DNA of 56,597 bases from an uncultured Chlorobiaceae bacterium (GTDB lineage: Bacteria; Bacteroidota; Chlorobiia; Chlorobiales; Chlorobiaceae). This document shows positions 31,186-39,787 of this stretch, in pieces; within the stretch, counting starts at the first letter, position 1; every line of letters starts with the position of its first letter. The DNA lies in the NCBI GenBank assembly GCA_903838025.1, contig CAILXB010000134.1, positions 1 through 56,597 of the forward strand, in the 5' to 3' direction. The position numbers and the translations under genes were made by a program. The notes under the pieces were generated by a model. That model did no database searches. It had not been told where the DNA came from and saw only the letters and a program-made list of their open reading frames with translations.

Positions 31186-32493
31186 ATGAAGAATAACCTG
31201 AAAGTCCTCTTAATTATAGAGCAATGTAATCCTGAGTGGCCATCCGTACCGCTTGTGGGATACTCATTCTATAAACACATTAGCCAGCTTGTCAACACAA
31301 CACTGGTCACTCATGAGAGAAACAAAACCGCATTGGAAAAAGCTCACCCGGAAAGAGATATTATCTATATTCCTGAAAGCAAATTCATCAAAAGCTATTA
31401 TAAAATAGCTGACAGAGTAAGCAAAATAAAAGGCAAAATAATTTGGCCTTTGTACAATACGCTTATTTACCCCATTTATGCAGAATTTAATCACAAGGTA
31501 TACTCAAGGTTTAAAGATTCAATTCTTGATGGCCAGTACGATATTGTTCACGCTCTGACTCCCATTCTACCCCGTTATCCTGTAAAGGCGATTAAAGCAT
31601 GTAAAAAAACGCCGTTCATTCTCGGCCCGGTAAATGGCGGAGTTCCTTTTCCAAAAGGATTCCAGACCGTAGCCCGTCAGGAATTTTCCTATTTTAACTT
31701 TCTCCGACATATAGGACGATACATCATCCCGGGCTATAGAGAAACCTATAAAAAAGCCAGCTACATTCTTTCCGGCTCTACCTATACCATGAATCTTGTT
31801 AAAAACCTTTTTGATATAAAAAACGAAAAAATTGAACTGTTTTATGAAAATGGAATAGATAATTCATTCTTGCAAAATGAAACAAAAGCCACGAAAAGAG
31901 ATGAAAACAATACCGAAACAATTAATCTTCTTTTTGTTGGCCGCCTGGTGCCTTATAAAGGTGCAGATATTCTTATCGAAGCCATCAGTCATCTTGAGTT
32001 GTCAATACAGAACAAAATTAAACTGACAATCGTCGGTGATGGACCGGAAAAAAACGCTCTTCAACATCAGGCCAATACACTGAATCTTAACAAAAAAGTA
32101 ATTTTTACCGGATGGGTAGAGCAGCAAAAAACAGTAGGCTACTACAGAGAGAGTGATGTATTCTGCTTTCCCTCAGTCCGTGAATTTGGTGGAGCCGTAG
32201 TATTGGAGGCAATGGCCAACGGCCTTCCTTGCATTGTGATTAATAATGGCGGAATTGCAGAATATGTTACAGAAGAGACCGGGTATAAAATTAACCCTGT
32301 TTCAAGAGATTTTGTCGTTCAGGAAGTAAAAGAGTGTATAACAAAATTGGTTCAAAATCAAGTTCTTCGCAATACGATGTCAACAAAAGCAATACAAAGG
32401 GCTAAAGAATTTTCCTGGAGTGCAAAAGCAGATGCCATTGTAAAAATTTACGGTCAGGTTTTAAAAAATTACTCAGGCAAAACTGTCATCTGA
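31186..32493 (+). CDS. Glycosyltransferase family 4
   Basis: FVGRLVPYKG, EFGGAVVLEAMA. Confidence 0.92.
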   Translation: MKNNLKVLLIIEQCNPEWPSVPLVGYSFYKHISQLVNTTLVTHERNKTALEKAHPERDIIYIPESKFIKSYYKIADRVSKIKGKIIWPLYNTLIYPIYAEFNHKVYSRFKDSILDGQYDIVHALTPILPRYPVKAIKACKKTPFILGPVNGGVPFPKGFQTVARQEFSYFNFLRHIGRYIIPGYRETYKKASYILSGSTYTMNLVKNLFDIKNEKIELFYENGIDNSFLQNETKATKRDENNTETINLLFVGRLVPYKGADILIEAISHLELSIQNKIKLTIVGDGPEKNALQHQANTLNLNKKVIFTGWVEQQKTVGYYRESDVFCFPSVREFGGAVVLEAMANGLPCIVINNGGIAEYVTEETGYKINPVSRDFVVQEVKECITKLVQNQVLRNTMSTKAIQRAKEFSWSAKADAIVKIYGQVLKNYSGKTVI

Positions 32494-32524
32494 TTAGCCT
32501 ACACTTATTTCCATAGCTCATATT

Positions 32525-33571
32525 ATGAAAACATCAGTACTTTATGCCGGATTGGCATCCCCACATGCAGGATGGGTAGCTATAGATGAACTCGCCGAAC
32601 TGTTTGCCCATTATTTTAATGCCGATATCCTTTCACCAAAATTAATTCCACGACACGGAGTCGACCGCTTGGTTCACGGCAATACTTTTGTCTATGAACC
32701 ATTACAAACTTCAGGAGGGGATGTTCTTATTGTAGTAGCAAGGGGACCTGGAGATCTTGCACTTATTAATGCAATACCTGACTGTCGCAAAAAATTTCAC
32801 AAAATTTATGGCATAGTAATTGATTCGTATTTTCAAACAGGATATGTAAAAGAAACCGCATTTTTTGACGCCATAACGGTTACCGCACATGAAGATATTG
32901 ATTTTCCAAAATCACACTACAAAATTCAGGTTCAACAACTTTACCAAGGTGCTGACTGCCTTGCATGGGCTCCAAGGACATTTAAAACCAGAGAAATTGA
33001 TATTATGAGTTTTGGGCGTACGCCTCCAAGCTATCATTCTAATTTTTCAGCACGTTTTCATCCAGCCAGCTCACCATATCTGTATCTTCACTCTCCACTT
33101 GGTAATTTAACAGGTCCATCCGTCCACCTTGAACGTGGAATGCTTTTTAAGTTGTTGCATCGAACCAGAATTTCACTTGCATTTAATCTCTTAATTGAAC
33201 CACAAGGAGACCGGCCACGCTCCATGATGGTAACAAGCCGATGGCTCGAATCATTACTCTCCGGATGTATAGTTGCCGGAAAACGTCCAGTATCTCGAAT
33301 GGCAGACGATATGTTGTTTTGGCCCCAGGCAACTGTTGAACTTTCAGATGACCCACAAAGTGCAGGTGATGAGCTCATACAACTCCTCTTGAACAACGAT
33401 GACCTTGAGGCACAAAGACGAAGCAATATGTATCATACTATCACCAATCATGACTGGCGTTACAGGATAGAGAGGTTTTGCAAAATAATGAATTTAGAAA
33501 TACCACAGTTATTAACCGATGATAAAGGGCGGTTGAATGGACTTGCAGAATCAATGAAACACTCGGCATAA
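32525..33571 (+). CDS. Putative glycosyltransferase (CgeB/Glyco_trans_1_2-like C-terminus)
   Basis: RISLAF, TSRWLESLLSGC, HDWRYRI pattern; cluster context. Confidence 0.65.
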   Translation: MKTSVLYAGLASPHAGWVAIDELAELFAHYFNADILSPKLIPRHGVDRLVHGNTFVYEPLQTSGGDVLIVVARGPGDLALINAIPDCRKKFHKIYGIVIDSYFQTGYVKETAFFDAITVTAHEDIDFPKSHYKIQVQQLYQGADCLAWAPRTFKTREIDIMSFGRTPPSYHSNFSARFHPASSPYLYLHSPLGNLTGPSVHLERGMLFKLLHRTRISLAFNLLIEPQGDRPRSMMVTSRWLESLLSGCIVAGKRPVSRMADDMLFWPQATVELSDDPQSAGDELIQLLLNNDDLEAQRRSNMYHTITNHDWRYRIERFCKIMNLEIPQLLTDDKGRLNGLAESMKHSA

Positions 33572-33991
33572 TACCTGCAAATCAATATAACCTTGCGAGA
33601 AGACTTTCATTTTGATAAAATCTACTCAATAACTTTACTTGATGCGAAAAACACAATAGTCGTATTTTAAAAAAAATTTATTTAACGCAAATAATAAAGT
33701 CTATATTTTATAATTGACTTGCAATATTATTGCTGGATATTAAATAAAAGGATATCAAAATAGCGACCACATATACAAATTAGAACTATTAGCAATCCAT
33801 TATCTATGTACTATTAATATATATATCATAATGTTTAATCAATACAGAATCACTGAGTATAGTGCAAGTCAAACGTCCTTATTACAAAAAGCGCTCTTTC
33901 ATCCGCCAAAAGCTAATAATAATGGCTTCTTTAAATATATGTTTATTTAGAAATAAACTAAAGATTGCAATAACAAACAACACACAAGTCA

Positions 33992-35122
33992 ATGAATAAT
34001 ATCAAATCCCCAAAACCCGACATATGCAAATATTCTTATATTGATATTGCAAGAGGAATTGCTGTAGCCGGAGTTATTGCTGTCCACTGCTTCAAACACA
34101 GTGAAGGCATTAACAAATATTTGGGATGGATATTTAATTATGGCGAAATGGGTGTGCAACTTTTTTTTGTCGCATCTGCTTTAACATTGTGTTTATCAAT
34201 GAATGCGCGGAAAGAAAAATCTGTATATAACTTTTATTTACGGCGATTATTCAGAATTGCCCCGCTTTATTATTTTGGCATTGTGCTGTATCTTATTTGG
34301 GGGACAATAATAATATATCATCATAGCGGCCTTTTTCAAGTCCCTTCTCAATATAGTCTATTTGGCATTTTATCCAATATTCTTTTTATTCATGGGTTTT
34401 ACCCAAAAGCAAATAACAATATTGTACCAGGAGGATGGAGCATAGCAACAGAAATGAGCTTTTATATCATATTTCCAATTCTCTATTCCATCCAATCAAA
34501 TATTGGCAACAAAAAATATATTCAATATACTTCACTTTTAGTATCAGCTTGTCTTGCGCTTGAACTTATAATATTTAAGTTATTTGATGTAAGCCCCGAC
34601 AACAATGCTTTTATTTATGCCAATATAGTCAATCAATTAAGTGTTTTTTTAATTGGCATATATTTGTACAGGATGGTTATTAAAAAATCAACACCTAATA
34701 TCTTGTTAACAGTATTAGGTGTTGGGCTATCTATTGCAAGTTGTTTTGTATTAAATGTCAATATTTTTACTACGGGACTCAATCGCTTTATTGTCCCTAT
34801 TTTATCCGCATTTAGTTTTATGTTATTAATCCTCAATTTCTCAAATACAAAAATAAAAAATAATTTTTTTACGAAAAGCCTGATAAAAATAGGGGAAATG
34901 TCGTACAGTATATACATTCTTCATTTTATTGTATTAGATCTTTTTGTGTTTTTTTACGAAAAAAACATATTTCACTTACTCGATTCACCTGAATGCAAAT
35001 TATTAATATTGTGTATATCTGTACTAACAGCGAGTTATTGCCTTTCTATTATCTCCAACCGTTTCATTGAACGCCCGGGTATTGAGATTGGCAAAAAGAT
35101 TATCAATAAAATGAATATTTAA
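33992..35122 (+). CDS. Acyltransferase 3 family membrane O-acyltransferase
   Basis: IDIARGIA, GVQLFFVAS, RRLFRIAPLY, WSIATEMSFY, SYSIYILH. Confidence 0.92.
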   Translation: MNNIKSPKPDICKYSYIDIARGIAVAGVIAVHCFKHSEGINKYLGWIFNYGEMGVQLFFVASALTLCLSMNARKEKSVYNFYLRRLFRIAPLYYFGIVLYLIWGTIIIYHHSGLFQVPSQYSLFGILSNILFIHGFYPKANNNIVPGGWSIATEMSFYIIFPILYSIQSNIGNKKYIQYTSLLVSACLALELIIFKLFDVSPDNNAFIYANIVNQLSVFLIGIYLYRMVIKKSTPNILLTVLGVGLSIASCFVLNVNIFTTGLNRFIVPILSAFSFMLLILNFSNTKIKNNFFTKSLIKIGEMSYSIYILHFIVLDLFVFFYEKNIFHLLDSPECKLLILCISVLTASYCLSIISNRFIERPGIEIGKKIINKMNI

Positions 35123-35165
35123 ATATAAAGCTGAGAAAATATTTTTTTCATATCAATATAATACA

Positions 35166-35885
35166 ATGAAAATTATTGAATATTTTGACAGGACAGTTAT
35201 TATTAACCTGCCTGAACGACTTGACAGAAGAACAGAAACAATACAGGAGTTCAAACGTATTGGATGGCCTATTCAAAACAATAAAATAAATTTTTTTAAC
35301 GCAACCCGACCCACTGAAGCAGCAGGATTTCCAAGCATTGGTGCAAGAGGATGCTTATTAAGTCACTTAAACGCAATTAAAAAAGCAAAAAATGACGGTT
35401 GCTCCAATATTTTAATACTGGAAGATGACATCTCATTTTTATCAAATATTAATAGCATTACAAATGAGATTTTAAAATTATTGCCAAATACAAACTGGGG
35501 GTTTTTATATTTGGGACACGAATATACTTCCGCTCTACAACCAACAGAAATTCTTGTAAAAATAACAACACCATTACCTCTTACTCATTGCTATGCCGTA
35601 AATTCCATAATTTTTGATAAATTTATAGCCTTCCTTGAAGAGCTGCAAACACGAAAACCTGGAGATCCGCTTGGTGGGCCTATGCACTATGATGCCGCAA
35701 TATCAACATTCAGGATTCAAAACCCGGATATAAACACCTATATCGTCAACCCAAGTCTGGGATATCAGAGGAGTTCACGTACCGATTTACGTGAATTATC
35801 ATATTGGGATAAATCTCCAATACTCAGCCCCTTCATAGCATTCATCAGAAAAATGAAAAATGTATTCAGAAAACTATCTCACTAA
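35166..35885 (+). CDS. Glycosyltransferase family 25-like
   Basis: INLPERLDRR, GCLLSH, LILEDD, THCYAV. Confidence 0.85.
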   Translation: MKIIEYFDRTVIINLPERLDRRTETIQEFKRIGWPIQNNKINFFNATRPTEAAGFPSIGARGCLLSHLNAIKKAKNDGCSNILILEDDISFLSNINSITNEILKLLPNTNWGFLYLGHEYTSALQPTEILVKITTPLPLTHCYAVNSIIFDKFIAFLEELQTRKPGDPLGGPMHYDAAISTFRIQNPDINTYIVNPSLGYQRSSRTDLRELSYWDKSPILSPFIAFIRKMKNVFRKLSH

Positions 35886-35891
35886 ATAATT

Positions 35892-37856
35892 ATGAATGTA
35901 AACTATAGAGCCGATATAGATGGGCTGCGTGCAGTAGCGGTGCTTGCTGTTCTTTTTTTTCATACGGATATTCCAGGTTTTTCTGGTGGCTTTGTTGGTG
36001 TTGATATTTTTTTTGTAATATCAGGCTTTCTGATTACATCCATTATTTTAAAAGAGCTTCAAGAAAACAAATTCTCAATTGCCCGATTTTACGAAAGACG
36101 TATAAGAAGAATTTTCCCTGCACTCTTTCCTATGATTGTATTGAGTTCAATAGCAGGTCTTTATCTTTTTGACCCTTCAGGCTGTAGAGAGCTTGGCTCA
36201 AGTATAACATCCACAACGCTCTTTTATTCAAATATCTTTTTTATGCTCAAATCCGGATATTTTGAGCCTCAATCGCTTCAAAGACCGCTATTACATACCT
36301 GGTCACTCGCAGTAGAAGAGCAGTTTTATATTTTTTTCCCTTTAGCGATGATTATCGCAAGCCGCTATTTTAAAAAACAATATTTTCCATTACTGCTCAT
36401 AACCGCACTCATTTCATTACTTGTAAGTATCTATGGACTTTCTCATCATCCTGGAGCTACCTTTTATCTTGTTCCCACAAGAGCCTGGGAACTTCTTGCA
36501 GGCTCCATTCTTGCCCTTGGTGTTTTGCCCACCCCATCCTCATACTGGTTACAAAACATACTCTCCCTTACCGGCTTAGGATTTATTTTTTACAGCATCA
36601 CCTTCTATACCTCAACAACTCCCTTCCCGGGACTGAATGCTCTTGCTCCGGTACTTGGAGCGAGCTTTATAATATGGAGTAACCCCAATGAAAGAAAAAC
36701 AATTGTAAGCACCCTGCTTTCATTGAAACCCATAGTATTTATCGGCCTCATCTCCTACTCTCTCTACCTCTGGCACTGGCCCATCGTTGCATTCACAAAG
36801 TACATAACATTTCGTCCTTTGGAAGGGTATCAAAAATTATTCATCATCGTTGCATCTGTGGCGCTTGCAACACTCTCATGGTGGTATGTTGAAAGACCGT
36901 TCAGAATCAAACAAAAAGTAGTGCTTGAAAGAAAAAGAATATTCGCAATATCCGCAATAATAATGGCCGCTTTCTCTGGATTTGGCTTAATTATTCAATT
37001 GATGACAACCGATAAAAATGCCTACAACTATACGGCACAACTACCTGAAAATTTTAATAACCTTTCGGTAGCCCCAACATTAGGAGCAAAAAATGTCACA
37101 CCCTCTTTCGCATTATGGGGTGACTCACATGCACGGTCATTTATTCCTGCTCTTGAAGAAGAGTGCAAAAAATATACGCTATCAGGGGTTATTCTAACCC
37201 ATGACTCAGCTCCTCCGCTTTTAGGTATTGATGTAAAAACTTTACCAGACAATACTTATAATACACTCGACAAAGCTCAATATAACAAGGGTGTGCTGGA
37301 TTATTTAAAACAGCATCCCGAAATAAAAACAATTATTCTTGCTAGTCGATGGGCAGCATACTCTACAGGGAGCAGTTACAAAGAGGAAGACTATCTTGTC
37401 TACTCTCTCAAAGACACTTACCGCGAATATAATGGCAAACAACTGAATTCAATTCTTTTCAAGACGGGACTTTCAAGAACCGTTAACGCCTTAATTGCTA
37501 TGGATCGCAAAGTGATCATCGTCGGTGATGTTCCCGAAATAGGATATAATGTTCCTCGATACAGTTTAATTCAAAAAAAGCTGCCATTTGCAGTTAAAGG
37601 TGTGGATATTCGGCCTTCCATTGCCGAATATAACCAAAGAAACCGTGAAGTTCAGGAGACGCTCAATGAACTTGCAAAACATAAAAATGTAACGGTGATT
37701 CACACAGAATCAAAAATGTTTGACGAACATGGCATGGGTAAAATTGCTTTCCAGGGAGAGTTATTATACTCCGATGATGACCATCTTTCTACGTTTGGTT
37801 CGCTTTATGTGGCATCTTCTTTTGATAAAGTTTTCAAGGATATGAAAAATAAATAG
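35892..37856 (+). CDS. OafA/OatA-type acyltransferase 3 + SGNH domain protein
   Basis: YRADIDGLRA, HTWSLAVEEQFY, WGDSHA, DDDHLS. Confidence 0.93.
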   Translation: MNVNYRADIDGLRAVAVLAVLFFHTDIPGFSGGFVGVDIFFVISGFLITSIILKELQENKFSIARFYERRIRRIFPALFPMIVLSSIAGLYLFDPSGCRELGSSITSTTLFYSNIFFMLKSGYFEPQSLQRPLLHTWSLAVEEQFYIFFPLAMIIASRYFKKQYFPLLLITALISLLVSIYGLSHHPGATFYLVPTRAWELLAGSILALGVLPTPSSYWLQNILSLTGLGFIFYSITFYTSTTPFPGLNALAPVLGASFIIWSNPNERKTIVSTLLSLKPIVFIGLISYSLYLWHWPIVAFTKYITFRPLEGYQKLFIIVASVALATLSWWYVERPFRIKQKVVLERKRIFAISAIIMAAFSGFGLIIQLMTTDKNAYNYTAQLPENFNNLSVAPTLGAKNVTPSFALWGDSHARSFIPALEEECKKYTLSGVILTHDSAPPLLGIDVKTLPDNTYNTLDKAQYNKGVLDYLKQHPEIKTIILASRWAAYSTGSSYKEEDYLVYSLKDTYREYNGKQLNSILFKTGLSRTVNALIAMDRKVIIVGDVPEIGYNVPRYSLIQKKLPFAVKGVDIRPSIAEYNQRNREVQETLNELAKHKNVTVIHTESKMFDEHGMGKIAFQGELLYSDDDHLSTFGSLYVASSFDKVFKDMKNK

Positions 37857-37905
37857 ACCATATTAATTATACTTATGAAACTTTTAAGAGGAACAAAATA
37901 AAGCT

Positions 37906-38697
37906 ATGATGAGTCGAAAAAACACTACAAGAAGACCTGCCGTTCTTCTTATGACTGCGACCATAACACCTCCTTCAGGAACCCCCGAGTTGGCCAGAAA
38001 CGATGCAAACTTAAGACTTCAGGATTACTGTGAGGCTCTTCGATTTTATTTGACTCTTCCTGATCATTCAGTAAATAAAATTATTTTTATTGATAACTCT
38101 GACTCTGATCTTTCTGCATTAGAAGCCGTCACTCGTGAAGTGCCACATAAAAAAAAGGTTGAGCTTATCAGGTTTCAGGGAAACGATCATCCACCGGAGT
38201 TCGGCAAGGGATACGGAGAATTTAAGTTGATTGATTACGGAATGACTCATTCTACCCTTATAAGCCCTGACGATTTGGTCTGGAAGGTCACGGGTCGCCT
38301 TCGCGTACTCAATTTGAGCCAACTCATTGATACTGCCCCGCTACAGTACAACATGTATTGTGATCTACGTGATGTCCCCATAATAGGGGATCAATTTGGA
38401 GCCAATGAATGGATGGATCTTCGTGTTTTTTCCTGGTCAAAAAAAGGCTATAAGCTCTATATACAAAACCGCTTCAAGCTTTTAAAGGCTGAACTTACCG
38501 GAAGCCCTGAACGATATTTTTTCAAATTGTTGAGAGCTGCCCAAAAGTCCTCCGGTATCGTTCCGAGATTTCGTATGCAACCCAATATAGCCGGCTTTGG
38601 TGGTCGCCTGAACGTTGACTATCAAAACAATTCATACCGATATAAAAACATGTTGCGTCGTATAGTCCGCCTTGCAGCACCCTGGATATGGCTGTAG
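37906..38697 (+). CDS. Hypothetical protein, possibly glycosyltransferase-related
   Basis: LLMTATI, FIDNS, GKGYGE, KVTGR pattern; last gene of the GT block. Confidence 0.6.
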   Translation: MMSRKNTTRRPAVLLMTATITPPSGTPELARNDANLRLQDYCEALRFYLTLPDHSVNKIIFIDNSDSDLSALEAVTREVPHKKKVELIRFQGNDHPPEFGKGYGEFKLIDYGMTHSTLISPDDLVWKVTGRLRVLNLSQLIDTAPLQYNMYCDLRDVPIIGDQFGANEWMDLRVFSWSKKGYKLYIQNRFKLLKAELTGSPERYFFKLLRAAQKSSGIVPRFRMQPNIAGFGGRLNVDYQNNSYRYKNMLRRIVRLAAPWIWL

Positions 38698-38721
38698 TAA
38701 AAACCTTATAATGGCATGCAC

Positions 38722-38773
38722 ATGAAGCCTCTCAATATGACAGGCTTCATCTTACTCCCCTTCAATATGCAAG
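38722..38773 (+). promoter_or_regulatory. Paired putative enhancer sites, promoter 3
   Basis: ctctcaatatgacag (38729) lies within the inverted repeat atgaagcctctca-ata-tgacaggcttcat; second site ccttcaatatgcaag (38759). Confidence 0.7.
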
Positions 38774-38848
38774 TAAAAACCATGAACATAAAGAAGCGAT
38801 CTGGCGCTGACTGCTTGATAAACAAGATGATACCACAATAGAGATGCT

Positions 38849-38863
38849 TGGCATACATTTTGT
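38849..38863 (+). promoter_or_regulatory. Sigma54 -24/-12 promoter 3
   Basis: TGGCAT-acatt-TTGT upstream of the PEP-CTERM gene. Confidence 0.75.
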
Positions 38864-38914
38864 AGGATAAGAATATGGTGGACATCATCCACGGTAACTC
38901 TAAATTTTGATATC

Positions 38915-39787
38915 ATGAAAAACTCCAATACACAGAACCTATGGCGTAACGGCATAAGGAAATTGATGATGCCTTCAGTGCTTGCAACCTCATTGATGAC
39001 CTCTGGTGTTCTGCCAGCATACGCTGCATTGGATCCCATTCAATCTGCCGCCCGTCCTTTTGGCCTCAGCATCGTAGCACCGGTTTATCAAGCGGGGTCA
39101 ACCGCTGAAGCAGCAGACTTCAAAACCAACGTTCTTCCTACTCTGAATGCCTGGATCCAGAAAAATCTGCCCGAATACACCGAGGTCAAGAATTTTTCGA
39201 GCCTGACTCTTGATCCATCCCTGCTAACCGTTAAAACAACACAAGATGTAAACGTTTTTTTTGTTGGTGAAGGTGCAGGGTATCAAAACACACTCGGATT
39301 CAACACCTCTGGTGCTGGAACAAATACAGGAAATCCTCAACTTATTTTTCCTAATGCCTCGTCCAATATTTCTTCTTATGTTGGCAACCCATCGGCTCCA
39401 CCAAGCACTTCGGCGCCGCTCATGCCTGGGGATTTTGTTGACCTCGGAACAATACAGGCAGGCACAAAACTCGATTTTTTCCTGATTGCAAATGGTGCCG
39501 CAGGTGGAACAAACGTTTTCTCAACTACTGCCTCCGCTAACTCTGATGGCATGCGGCATGTTGTAGCCTATACCTCCAAAGATAGCCCTTATCTCCTGCT
39601 CGGTTTTGAAGACCTGCTCGGGGGTGGCGACAAAGATTACAACGACGTCTTGATTGCCATCAAAGGGATAACACTTACCACCGCACCTGAACCATCAACG
39701 TTGCTTATTCTCGGCTCATTTTTACTGCCAGTCATCTATTTGAGAAGAAGGCAGCTTAACCATATACCAAAAGAGGTTCGTGCATGA
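38915..39787 (+). CDS. DUF4114-like secreted protein with PEP-CTERM sorting signal
   Basis: Signal peptide ending AYA; GFEDLLGGGDKDYNDV; C-terminal APEPSTLLILG, TM segment, RRR. Confidence 0.9.
   Translation: MKNSNTQNLWRNGIRKLMMPSVLATSLMTSGVLPAYAALDPIQSAARPFGLSIVAPVYQAGSTAEAADFKTNVLPTLNAWIQKNLPEYTEVKNFSSLTLDPSLLTVKTTQDVNVFFVGEGAGYQNTLGFNTSGAGTNTGNPQLIFPNASSNISSYVGNPSAPPSTSAPLMPGDFVDLGTIQAGTKLDFFLIANGAAGGTNVFSTTASANSDGMRHVVAYTSKDSPYLLLGFEDLLGGGDKDYNDVLIAIKGITLTTAPEPSTLLILGSFLLPVIYLRRRQLNHIPKEVRA

Noticed and set aside
33721-33733. Palindrome gcaata-t-tattgc
   Set aside because: Short, in very AT-rich DNA and seen only once; chance expected
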